64,000 bases of DNA from Lama glama. Taxonomy: Eukaryota. This document shows, in pieces, positions 52,540 to 64,000 of the stretch. A model generated the notes under the pieces. The model was not told the DNA's origin. It did not search any database and was given only the letters and a program-made list of their open reading frames with translations. Numbering within the stretch: position 1 is the stretch's first letter; every line of letters starts with the position of its first letter. A program made the translations under genes and the position numbers. The DNA lies in the NCBI GenBank assembly GCA_028534125.1, contig CM052817.1, positions 13,146,001 to 13,210,000 on the forward strand, read 5' to 3'.

Positions 52540-52720
52540 TGAGTTGAATTTGAGCCCTGTGTGTTTGCTAGCCACATGACCTTGAGCAAGTTACTATTCC
52601 TCAGTTTCCTGGCCTGGAAAATAGGGACTGTATTAGGACATACCTCTGAGGGTTGTGGTGAGCAAAAAGAAATGTGCTCAATGCAACACACAGTTGGCAT
52701 CATAAGAAGGTTAACCATTG
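52540..52720 (+). mobile_element. MIR SINE relic
   Basis: atgaccttgagcaagttact..cctcagtttcctggcctggaaaataggg..agggttgtggtgag. Confidence 0.8.
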
Positions 52721-53213
52721 CTGTTTTCTTCTTGTATCTTCCAAGGGTGTTTTATTGCCTGTCTTAAAAATTCTTTCTGGAACACAGTAAAATCTTTGTT
52801 ATTCATAAATGTGTGCAGACATTTTTAAAGTATTGCTTATCATACATTATAGCTGTTACATAATGTTATTATAAAATTCCCTGTAAGTATGTGCAAGCTA
52901 GATTTTTAAAATAGACTTGACCAGTAGACACCAAGGTGAATGAGATCCAGGCTAGAATAGCATTAGCATAAAGATCTGATTTAGCCCTAGAGAGGAGCAA
53001 AGATGGCTACTCTCTGGACAAAGACAAAAAAGGAAACAACACAGCGTTGTCTGAGGTTGAGGATAAAGTCAGTCAAAGCAGAGAGCTGCTGAACAGGTGG
53101 CCATTCAGTGCTGAGTCACTGTTTCAAAGTCTCACCATTTGCTATCGTGAAGAATGGCCAGACTCCAGGACCAGTTCATAGGTTACACGTTGAGGTATGA
53201 AGGGTGAGGGGGC

Positions 53214-53620
53214 GTGTTAGACTGGGTTCCTCGGCAGCTGCCTCTGACGCAAGGATTTACAGGAAGTTATTTGTAGGAAGAGTTTCTAAGAGGAGAGGAG
53301 GAACTGGGAACAGGGCAGATGAGGTGTCAAGCAGTTTAGCAGAGCATCACATTGGCTCAGTCTCAATCAAACCAAGACTTGCTCGGAGCAGGGACTGGGG
53401 AGCTGCAGCCGTATATCAGTCGCTGGCTAAAGGGGTCCGGGGACGCCAGTTCCAGGCACTTCCTGTTGCCGTGTGCACAGGCAGGATGCGTTCTGGCCTT
53501 CTGAGAATGTTGCAAATGAGGCTGTCAGCTTTGGGGAGTGAAAGCGTAATGAGGGCTGGCCTAGACAAAAACGGTAAAGGAACCCATCCAGGGACAATGG
53601 CAGAGCACTCACAGCTTCTG
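53214..53620 (-). mobile_element. ERVL-class LTR relic (LTR16/LTR33-like)
   Basis: tgttagactgggttcctc..ctctgacgcaaggatttacaggaagttatttgtaggaag resembles the terminus of old ERVL LTRs. Family and right boundary uncertain. Confidence 0.55.
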
Positions 53621-54576
53621 CTACAGAGGGTGTGGCAATGTGGGTCTAAATTCAGAAGAAAAGCTGGAAAGGACTAGGGAGTCCCATTGCTGCTGCGTTT
53701 ACCTCGTTCAAAACTGACTTTGGCAACTTTTGTGATGCTGGTTTTATCCTGACCAATAGCTCGTTGTGTATTCTTTCCAATTCTTAAAAATATGTCATCC
53801 CATGGTTTTGTATTACTAACTAAAAATATGGATCACAGAGATCCTTTAGATATGTATAGTGTCTAAGTACATACACACACATTTCCTTCTTGAACCTGTA
53901 ACAACTCTATAATTAGGGAGAAACGTGAAACCTTGCCCTCATTCCTGAAACAAAATACTTACATTGCTAGATGACATCTGAGTTACAAATTAAACTCAGA
54001 AAAATGTTCTTCCTTGTCCAGCAACTTACACAGACCTACGACTGAAAGATAGGTTTAGGACGGTTTGAAAACGCTTCGTCACAATAATTATGATCGCTGT
54101 TATCAGTGTTAACACATTACTGATCATAGAGTGGATCCTATGCGTTATGTGTGTGTGTTATGTTGCATATATAGAAAACGGGTTAAGATCCAATTCTGTA
54201 CCTGTAACCTGTCTCTCCCAAAACATTTGGTGTCACGTGTGTAAGTCTGCAGGTACCAGACAAATGTTGTTTTCCCAGGAGGTATCTGTGTTTTTGATTG
54301 TTGATGAGAATGAGAATGTTAACCAAGAGCGTTTAGCTTAGACTCTGAAAGTCCACCCCCATTAGGCAACTGACAAAAGCCATGGTTCAGCTAGAAACCA
54401 GCCACTCAGTAGCAAAGCCAACACTTAGATTTACCAGTAAGTTTTCTCAACCAAGAGTGAAGTTAAGGTGTGTTTTCCACCAACCTTGCTCTATCTCCAT
54501 TTTGTACCATCCTTTTCTTTCTTCAACCTTTCCTAAAACTTATGATTTTCATAGCTCCATTCAGTCTGCCTCCATT

Positions 54577-54933
54577 TGCTGGGGACTGAATTGTGTCCCT
54601 TCCCCCAAATTCATACATTGAAACCCTAACCTGCAAGGTGACGGATTTGGAGATGGGACGTTGAAGGTAGTTAGGTTTAGAAGAAGTCATAAGGGTGGGA
54701 CCCCTAGTCTCTGTTTAGAAGAGACAATAGAAAGCTGACTTTCCCTTTCTCTCTGGCATGTGAAGACACAGTGAGAAAGGGATAATCTGCAAGTCAGAAA
54801 TAGAGCTGTCACCGGAAACCAACCATGATGCATCCTGATCTTGGGCTTAGCCTCTGAAAGTGAGAGAGGAAATTCTGTTGTTGAAGCCACACGGTTTGCA
54901 GTATTTATAATGACAGTCCGAGGAACTGGGGCA
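54577..54933 (+). mobile_element. MaLR solo LTR (MLT1A-type)
   Basis: tgctggggactgaattgtgtcccttcccccaaattcatacattgaaaccctaacc..gtcataagggtgggaccct..aattctgttgttgaagccac; starts TG and ends CA. Confidence 0.9.
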
Positions 54934-57889
54934 CTATTCTTGCTCTTTAGGAACTAGTTCCTGGAACAAGAATAAAGAAATTTAAAAGCAAAGTTAATTA
55001 GCAATACTAGTACTTTGTCCAGACATTAAAATGGAGGTAGCTTTCGGTTCCCTATGCTTGGTGAAGAATCTGATGAATCTAACTTTTGCCTTTTCCGGGA
55101 AGTCAGGCACAACTTTCAAATCCAAAGGATGTTTTGAAAGTGACTTAAGTCTGATTGTCACATGCTGCTTAGAATTCCCAGGCTTGCTGGTGGAACATTT
55201 TGTAGTAACATTTAAAACTATAAACATTTTATTTTTCTCCTTCAGTGGAGAGAGCTGATTCATCATGAGCTCCTCTGTCCCTCTCTTCACCATATGTCTC
55301 CTCCTCAGTGTTGATTTCCTGTTGACGTTAACAGGACAGACATGTATTAAGGAGTTAGGATGAAAGGTTTAAATTTAATGATGAGCTTTTTTTAAAAACA
55401 AAGGTCAAATTTTCTACAAAACCATTTCAAATGCATTCTGGACCATTGTTCATATTTTGCATTGGAAGCATCAATACTCCCTTTTCCCCAAAAGGCTAAG
55501 TAAAGTATCATAAATAGACTTATTTCTATAGTGTAATGAGAGGAGGGGAATCCTGTGAGAAGCTGATAAGAGTCTTATGATTCAATAATACACAGCCTAT
55601 CAAATCCAGCTTGGATGGCAAGAGGCTCTAAGCATTTTATAATTCCTGATGGAATGTTTCCTTTGCCTTCTTCCTTGTTCTCCATTTGATGGCATTTATG
55701 CACACCCATGCAGGATTATTTGGCACATCTATGCTTTGATTTCATGTTCATTTTGTTAGATTGTTCAGCCTACACTTAGCAGAGATCAACAGGAGTTTTC
55801 CAGAGTGGTACTAACGGGTGCATGGATGGAGTACCATCACAGTGTGTTTCTGCTGCCCTGGGCTTTGTCATGAGGAGATGCTCATATTTCAAAGGTCATT
55901 CCATGGTTCATTTTTTATCTTCTTTATCTTACTTCATCCCTCCTAATACATTTTGAATTGTCATGTTAGTGAGATGGCCTGAATGTATATATCAATATAG
56001 CTGTATCACACAAAGATCTTAAAGATTGGTTGCTTTTTAACTTTGTGAATCACAGGTAATCAGCTGTAAGAAATTTCAGAATACTTTCTAGTTTCTCCAA
56101 CTTTTTGTCAGTATGTCAACATAAGATCGGATAAATGTACATCAGGAAACATTGGGACATTGAGATTGGAAACACTGAGATTGGTGGGATCTTTAGTTTG
56201 TTAAATTTCCCCAAAACCATCTTAACTGGGATGGAGGAAGGGGATTTAAAAACCAGGAAAAAAGACTTGGGGCAGTGGAAAGATTATAAATACATACCCA
56301 CAGCGAGCGTATCACAAGTGCTCATTCTCTACATTTTTTGCTGTGCTCTTGAATGTTTACCAAAGTGAAGAACCTCTAAAGTAGGAGTTCTACAATTTAT
56401 TGTTTTAGTGCAACTAAAACAGAACTTGATAAATACAGTGTTTGACATGTTTATACTGATTTGTCATTTGGAATTTAAACTGTATTTCAAGGTGGAAAAA
56501 AAGAGAGCCCTTTTCTGATTATAAATGGTTAATGGTAGAATTCTCACTTGCCCAGGAGTCTGCATTTGATTCTCACTGCTTACAATTCCCCTAGAACCTC
56601 TCCGTTAAGCCTTTAGCACTGTGATCGACATTTAATGTACATACAGTAATCACTTGTCTACTAAACAAACAAATGAAATAGGGAAGATACAACATATAAA
56701 CATAACTCAAATATAAATGTTTAGTCACCATGCTATGTGTTAAAATTATTTTCATGAGTAAGGAAAGTTGTAAGCTTGATTTATATTTATTTACACTGCT
56801 AATAATGATTATGAATTTGCTTTAATATTTGAGTTTTAAGTATAGCTTCTCATTACATTTCTTTTTTAAAGGAGTGCAATCTTGGCTCACTGTGGTCATT
56901 TTGTTACACCGCTTGTGTGTTTATGTGGTTAAAGGATCTATCTCTTTACTGGTTAGCTTTTTAGATTGCTTTGTTGGGCGAAGGTAATATTTTGCATTGT
57001 TTCATAGAATTTGTAAATTAAATGTACAAATGAAACAATGTGTTTATTGCTGAATTATCTATAGTTCCCATGGATGTAAGATGCATGGGACTAATGCTTT
57101 TATTGGCACTTTTTCCGTTGACTGCCACTTTCCAGGAATGTTAAATTGAATCAAGTAGGTACAAACTAGCCATAAAACATTTTTATCTGCTTATCAGTTT
57201 CAGAGCATCTTAACTTCGTGAAAATGACAAAGTCTCATTGTTCTCTGACAGCTCTTGCTTTTGAATTAGATTATGTACCCATTATAATATCTATGGAATT
57301 TCAGAATAAAATTCTAGTAGAGACAAATGTTGAGAAATAATTTGAGAAAGTAAGTCATGAAGTTGAAAAGATTCAAATGGCCTGTGAAATGTGTCATAGC
57401 TTTAAAAATACCAACCACGTTATAGCATCTTCTATAATAAAATTTCACATATATGTTGTTTTTTTCAATTATTGTAGGGAGCATTTATTCACAAATAAAC
57501 CTTGAAAAGTAAACTATTATCCACGTGTGTTTCATGTTATAAACTGGTATTTTAAAATCAGCAGTGGCGTGGTTTTTTCTACTTGAAGATCTGTACGTTT
57601 TATTATTGCAGATTCATATAGTGGATTTCAGTGTTTAAAATATCCAAATAATTTAAATAACAATGTTTACTATTTTAGAACCATTTCCTGTTTCAAATTT
57701 TATTTCAAATTATTGGTCAAATTTATTAAAATACTTAGGAGTAATGGCAAAAATACAGTAGTCCTGCTTGATTCTGCAGAGCTCAGTTTTCTAGTTGACA
57801 TGATTTTAATGCAGTATTTGTTACCAAAAAGCATTTAAAGTTAATGTACACATCCTCTCTCTTGTCATTTATATATTTTTATAAGTAGT

Positions 57890-58250
57890 CGTAGGAAGGT
57901 TGGTTAGGATGCTGTGAGAGGCCCTCCTGCTTTCAGAGATTTGCCAGGTGGTCATTACCTTTGTTTCCCATCTGCAGGTATCCCTGGGTAGTTAGTTTTG
58001 TATCCATCAGTCCATCAGTCCTTATTTGCCCCAATTTCACAGTAACGCACATTTTAAAGTAACAGTGAGTGAGACTTTATACTGTATCAGATTTGTAAAC
58101 CCAAGTAAATTAGGTCTATATATTTCCCCTTGTTTGCATACTTTACTCCTGCTGAGTACTTCAGTTGACCAATAAGGCATGATTTGACTTCATGAAAACC
58201 TTTGTCTGTTTCCCCCTAAATTGTGTTTGCTTATTTTCCCTGAGTTTTCT
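57890..58250 (-). mobile_element. Ancient CR1/L3-clade LINE reverse transcriptase relic
   Basis: Minus-strand translations in the expected order: GFHEVKSCL (58174-58200; cf. GFxKGKSCL), KGKYIDLIYLGLQ (58093-58131; cf. KGxxVDVIYLDFxK), WIQN*L (57989-58006; cf. WIxNWL). Confidence 0.65.
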
Positions 58251-59204
58251 GTGCATTTTAAACACTGTTTAAAGTTCATTGTAAGTGTTCCATGAAGCTC
58301 TGTTTTAGCTCTAGTGATTTCCAGGTTGTTTTTGACCTTCAGACACTATGGACTTGGGAAAACTTTGTTTCTAATAGATGGCTTTTCTTTTTATAGAAGA
58401 GGATTTTCCTATTTTGTCACAGTTGTATGCTTTGTTCAGTTTGTTGTATTTTTAAAGGTTTTTTGTTATTACTTTGAGGTTCCTTTCATGTCCTTTCTTT
58501 TAACCTGTGGCTCATTTTTTTCTGAATTTTCACCGTGATTTTTGGTTTTGCTTTTGTTTTAAATAAATATGCCCATGCTTCTGATGGCTTTTATTTTATA
58601 AATGAAGTAAGTCTCGGGGGAAAAATTCTGTAAATGTGTGTGTGGTGTAAACTATTACAGAGAGTAAGTTCTCATTTTTAAAACATGACATATCGATTAG
58701 ATACAATTAAAACTTACCCGAAGTTGTTTTGTTTTCTAAATCTTCCTGTACACAAGTCAGTTTGACAGGGAGAAAAATAAAAAAAGCTGTCTTCAACCAA
58801 TAGAAATTCCTTTAGCAAGTTTAATTTTAAGTTCTTAGGAAATGCTTAGACACTTTTAAAAAGTCAGAAAAGATGATGTATTTTATATGGATACTTTATG
58901 TTGGAAAGTGGCTCTTTAGCTGAAAGCTTAAAGTAGTGTATGGAGAAAACTCAAGTTTGGGTTAATTTCCAGCTATGCTTAAACTACTTGCATTCCTCAG
59001 CTGGTTTCCACACTTTTCCATGCATAGCTTCCTTTGCCTGCCGGTCCTTCCAGCGCCAGCCATGTGCACGACCATGTGTTTTTCAAGACTCTTCTGTAAC
59101 ACTCCTGACCCCTCAGTTGGGCTTTGGTGTCATTTTTGGTGCTTCTTTAGAAACCTGCGTTTTTCCCTCTCACACGAATGTGTGAATGGGCGTCCTTGGT
59201 CAGT

Positions 59205-59290
59205 GCTCCTTTCTAGACTGTGAGCTTCTTGAGGGCAGGGATGCTGCCTGCTTCGTCATTGCATTCTCAATGCCTAGTGTGGTACCTGCC
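59205..59290 (+). mobile_element. L2 3' end relic
   Basis: ctagactgtgagcttcttgagggcagggatgctg..tgcctagtgtggtacctg is the L2 terminal motif. Confidence 0.85.
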
Positions 59291-59927
59291 TCATACCTGC
59301 TGCCTGAGGCTCAGTCAACACCTGCACTGGAGGATGCAGCTGTGAGCCTGGAGTGCGGAGGTGGAGGGGAAGAAAGGACATCACCAGGACTGTTGACGGA
59401 TGAGCACGGCATTGACTAGAATAAAATGCTCATAGTGTAGGAAGCTGAATAGAAGGCGAGGGTTTGTAGAATGCTATCTATAAACACAAAGTTGAAACTG
59501 GGGAGAGAATGAACATGGGAACAGGGAATCAAATTCTTTAGAGAATGAGGAGTTTAGCATCAGGGAAGGTGGTAGAAGAAAAACAGTTTTCTAAAACAAT
59601 CATATTTCACTTGATGTGGGTTATCTGATCAAGATGACCTGGAGAAAATTCACTGTGTACTATTACATTAATTAATGGGAAAGACTCCAGAGTTTGACAG
59701 GCAGAGTCATTTGTCTGCTGGTGATAACTAAAATTGTGAGGAATGATTATATATTGTAGCTTTAGTTTTTGCAAATGTATTGAAGAGGAAAAGAAAAAGA
59801 GGGAGATCTTTAAACTATAACTTAAGAAACAAGAGCTGGAGCTCAGAAAACAGGACATGAGACTTGGCTGAAAAGCCACTGATGCAGTATAAAAAGATTA
59901 CCCGGAGTTCAGCAACAATAATAATGA

Positions 59928-59967
<40 letters not shown>

Positions 59968-59990
59968 ATACACACACACACGTACACGTA
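59928..59990. repeat. (TG)n followed by (CA)n microsatellite (self-complementary arrangement)
   Basis: Read directly. Confidence 0.9.
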
Positions 59991-60463
59991 TGAATCACTA
60001 TATATATAAAATAATAAACAGTGTATAACAGGTTCCAGGCTTACATTGTTTCATTTAAACCTCGATTAAACCTGGGGAAGCATTCATTGTTATTTCTAAA
60101 GAAGTCTGTAGTTATTGAGAGGCAGGCACCTTGCCCTGGGTCCCCAGACTAGCGCATTTTAGAGTTGGGAGTGGAACCCATTGAGACGGTTTTACTTTTT
60201 ATACCCCCTAGTGTAAGTTTTAACCAGATTCTATACAACAGTCGTGATGTAGCCGTCCAGGGCTTAAGGATTATGTTCATTTTATCTCATTTGATCTTCA
60301 TAAAAAATAAGCAGGAGAAATGTTAGTATCTTCAACTGAAAGGTAGAAAAACAGGTCTAACGGGAAGCTGAGAGAGCGGCCCAGGTGTGTACAGCCTGTG
60401 AATAGTGGTGATCCCGCGGAATCAATGGCTTTCAGGTTTTTTTTTTCGTAAATTTAAAGTTTG

Positions 60464-60658
60464 TTTTTTTAATTGAAGTGTAGTTGATTTATAATGTTAG
60501 TTTCAGGTGTACAGCAAAGCGATCCAGTTATACATACATATACATATTTTTTTCAGATTCTTTTCCATTATATGTTATTACAGGAAATTGAATAGAGTTC
60601 CCTGTTCTACACAGTAGGTCCTTGTTTATCTATTTTATATACAGTCATGTGTATCTGT
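60464..60658 (-). mobile_element. L1 3'UTR terminal fragment (artiodactyl-type)
   Basis: ttaattgaagtgtagttgatttataatgttagtttcaggtgtacagcaaagcgat..gtaggtccttgtttatctattttatata is the reverse complement of 35440-35590. Confidence 0.92.
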
Positions 60659-62899
60659 AGCATTGCAGTTGCCACTAAACCATGCTACCTCCACAGAGGG
60701 GGCTCCATTTGAAGCATGGTATTTACGTCCATATTTTTATTATAATGCAGTAAGCATCTTGTGTCTGTGACACACATACTTACGCTAGAGCTTGCTGGAT
60801 GCCATGTCACCAAAGCCAAACGTCATAGGAAGAGGTGTATTCTTACAAAATGGATCTGTACGTCTAGAGAAGCAAAAGGTGCTTTGTGAAAGTATTATCA
60901 TTGTGGATTCTAAAGGTTGAAAGCATGTGGCTGCATGTTTAAAACCTCTCTACATAAGGTCCTTGTGAGTACGGTGTTTGTGTCTAGAGTCAGTTAACAG
61001 CAGCTGCAGGCCAGAGCTCGCGGAGGACCTGCTGGTGTACCCAGTACGGCCGATGTCTCGGAATAAGTGAAGCGAAGCCACAGAGGGAAGACTCTGAGAT
61101 CGTATTCTTCTTTTTAAGTGAAGCCTTACAACAAAGTCAGATAGTAACAGTCGTCTCTAAAAATGTACCAGTAATGATCAGACACGCTCGGCAGATTATT
61201 ACTGCTTTTTTTCGCCAGCTCTCTGCCCCCTGCCCCTCCACCACATGCAGAATGTTATCTAAAAATCACTTCCCTCAAGCCTGTGTTCTCTACCACTTTT
61301 AATCACGTTTCCATTCATTTCTAAGGCTTCTGTCTTCAATTACTAACTTGAAGGAGTTGAAGAAGGCAGTTGGGGTTGGGAGAGAGAAAGAAAGAAAACC
61401 CGTTTGGAGGCTGCTCGGTGATCCATCCTGTGCTAATTGCCTTCCTGTTCATCAGAGCCAAACGACAGCCCTGCAAAGTCAGTGTCTTTACAGCCACGCA
61501 TCCCGGAAAGCAAACCAAGGCTAGAAAAATGAAATCACTTGTGTGAAGTCTTACAGGGAGTCAGGGAGGGGACTGAAACCCAGGTTTGACTTTTGACGCC
61601 ATGCTTCTGACCTCTGTACCTAAAGACACTGGCATTCAAATCCGCTTTCAGTATGGATTTGTAAAGTTCTCCTGTGAAATGTGACCATGATCAGGAGTAA
61701 ATCAGGTCTTGTGAGACACACCCACGTGCGCACCGACACAGGATCATACATAAATATACAGAAGAATTTAAAGCAAATGCCCAAATACCTGCCATTCAGG
61801 GCAGAGATGGAACCTTACCGCCACCCTACACCTGTCCCCTTGGGTCTTTCCCTATCACACCTGCCTCTTGGCTACCCAGGAAAAATACCATTCTAATTCG
61901 TGGTTGTCACTTCCTTGCTTTTCTTTTCCTTGAAATAAGGAATAAAGTTTTTTGGGTTTTTTTTTTTGCAATTGTTCCCTAAGTAAGGAAACAGTTGTAT
62001 CCAGGTGAGGCACACGGCTCTTCATAGGAAGATGTGTGGGAATGTACTGCAGATATACTGTCTGCTGTTCTCACGCTGAAGATCATGAGTCTTGAAATGT
62101 GGGCTCAGGTGGCCATTCTCAGACTTCGAGTGCCCCTAAGTGGCCATCACAGAAAATACAGCCTTTGACAACTCTGGGACTGTCCTTTCAGCGAACAGCC
62201 AGACTTGTCTTTGGGTTTCTGGCCTCGCTTCTCCTGCGCTCTGCATCCTATTTTTTTGTTAAACAAGGGCTCCAAGTACTTGAATTTGACCCTGCTAACA
62301 GAAGGGCGTTTGTGCAGCATTAGCATTAAGCAGGAAATCGCTGACAGCCGAAGTGGCCGTGTGTCCTGCTCCCCACCTAGGAGCCCACTTTGACCCTTCT
62401 CCCCGCAGCTGTCGGATCAGATTGGGACTAGCTTTGGCCCTACACCCGCTGGCCCATGGATCTGCCTCTCTTTTCCCTCATGTTCACAGAGCTTTGTGTC
62501 TTAGAAACAAGTCCGTTTGTTCTGGTTTTGTTCTGAGATGTCAGGTCATTCAGCGGCACAGATGGACATCTGATTTCTACTCTCTTTTGGAGGAACTTCA
62601 TGGGGAGCGGGCTGCCTGCAGACACGTGAAGTTTGTGCACATTTATTGGACACAGGGAGGTATTTTTAGTAAAGGAAAAATAGTAACTCAATAATGTTTT
62701 TAAGACTTATCCTTAGTGGGAGATTATTGGATCCTCTGTTTCATAATCAAGGCAGAAATTCTTTTTCCACGTGTCTCCCATGAAGTCCCATATGCCACCC
62801 TAATTTTCTAAAGGTTAAAAAAATGGCCTCTAATTTCAGTCATTAGTTGATATTTTGAAAGATACAGTCTTTCCTAGTGGAAATTTTGGTCTGTTTCCA

Positions 62900-63350
62900 T
62901 ATTCAGCAAATATTTACGGAGGGACCTATTACATGCCAACATGATCAGCATAAACAAGATGAAGAGGTTCCTATTTTCATGACACATGTTCTATAGAAGA
63001 GAACTAGAATGAGTAAATAAGTGAATAAGTTCTAAAAAATCAATGAGATCATTTCAGATGGCAATGAGAAATATGAAGGAAATAAAACAGGTTCTTTGGT
63101 TGGAGAATGATCGGGAGGAGAGAAGAGCCATTTCAGATGAAAGAGTCAAGGAAAGCTTCTCTGATCAGAATAGGACCTTTGAGCCTGGTTGTCAGTGCAG
63201 AGCGTGAACCCTGGGCTGGACGGCATGGGGGACTGAGAGACCAGACGATGCAGAATCCCAGCCACACAGATGTATTTTGATGCATCTGAAGAACAGAAAG
63301 AAGATCCGTGAGAGAAGAGAGTAGTGAGAGTGGCGTTGCTTGGTGAGGAG
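62900..63350 (-). mobile_element. L2 LINE 3' relic
   Basis: attcagcaaatatttacggagggacctattacatgcc..tatgaaggaaataaaacagg..gtcaaggaaagcttctctga. Confidence 0.75.
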
Positions 63351-64000
63351 GGGCCGTGTGTGTGGATTCAGTCTGCAGCGGCCATCGCTGGAAAGGGCGA
63401 TAACAAATTACATTTCCGTGTAGACTTCTAAAGAAAAACTAAAACTCAATTAATGGGGAGGGTTATGAGTTTTTTTAGTTGTATCGGACATAGGATGTTG
63501 GTTAGATCACAGTGAAGCAACCACCAGCCAAGCAGTGGAGGGAGTGCAGAATAGGAATGACTGGTTTTACATCCGTTTACAATTTCTCAAAGCTCTTGTT
63601 TTTCTCTTGTTGTTTTCCCCCTCACATTTCCTTTATGAACACACCTCAGTTTTGGGGATTTAGATAGCGTCTCACAAGCTAATCTGCTGCAGAGTCACAT
63701 GCTCCTGCTCCGCTGCATTCGGTCCCAGCGCGAGGAGTTGCGGTCGTGCCTCCGTCTTCCTGGAGGGACGTCGTGAGAAGCTGCTGTGGCGCTTACTCTC
63801 CTGTTTATGCAGAAACGTGTCTGAGGACATTAGGCACCGTCTCAGCACGTGACGGCTCACGTAGACGTATCCCCTGCTGCAGCACTGGGGAAAATAAATG
63901 TGTGTTTCCTGGATAGCTGGGCTGCTTTTAATCTCAAAGACGGGGCGTCTTTCCTCTTTGCCAGAAACACGGAATTAAGCCTGCTTCTTACCTAGGACAA

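Noticed and set aside
53204..53677. 157-aa ORF
   Set aside because: Coincides with an LTR-like relic; no recognisable protein.
45841..54933. Two MLT1A-type LTRs as ends of one provirus
   Set aside because: They are in opposite orientation and no internal MaLR sequence is evident between them; independent solo LTRs.
1..64000. CRISPR array, operon, rRNA/tRNA genes or prokaryotic defence system
   Set aside because: No regularly spaced repeats or gene-dense coding; the only tRNA-like sequences are SINE-derived.

Overview
This is mammalian nuclear DNA, not prokaryotic. A tRNA-derived SINE at 26831-26965 matches the camelid Vic-type SINE as I recall it, so the source is probably camel, alpaca or llama. 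The window is AT-rich and repeat-dense, with a 500-N scaffold gap at 20703-21202. It looks like a long intron or intergenic region; the + strand appears T/G-rich by eye, weakly suggesting a + strand host transcript. I cannot support any host protein-coding exon. The only ORF-track entries with recognisable homology are decayed LINE-1 ORF1/ORF2 pieces. Supported content: about 10 L1 fragments, L2 and MIR relics, MaLR/ERVL LTRs, a MER58A-type hAT element, a CR1/L3-type reverse transcriptase relic, microsatellites and a consensus CTCF site. The most notable items are (1) a U6 snRNA-L1 chimeric retrocopy at 46322-46662; (2) a 2.6-kb L1 with both termini and target-site duplications (TSDs) but most of ORF2 deleted, nested in the terminal repeat of MER58A; (3) CpG-rich patches crossing old repeat boundaries, suggestive of GC-biased gene conversion. 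I found no convincing novel multi-gene system. Family names and boundaries come from recalled consensus sequences, not a database search, and ancient-repeat boundaries are approximate.
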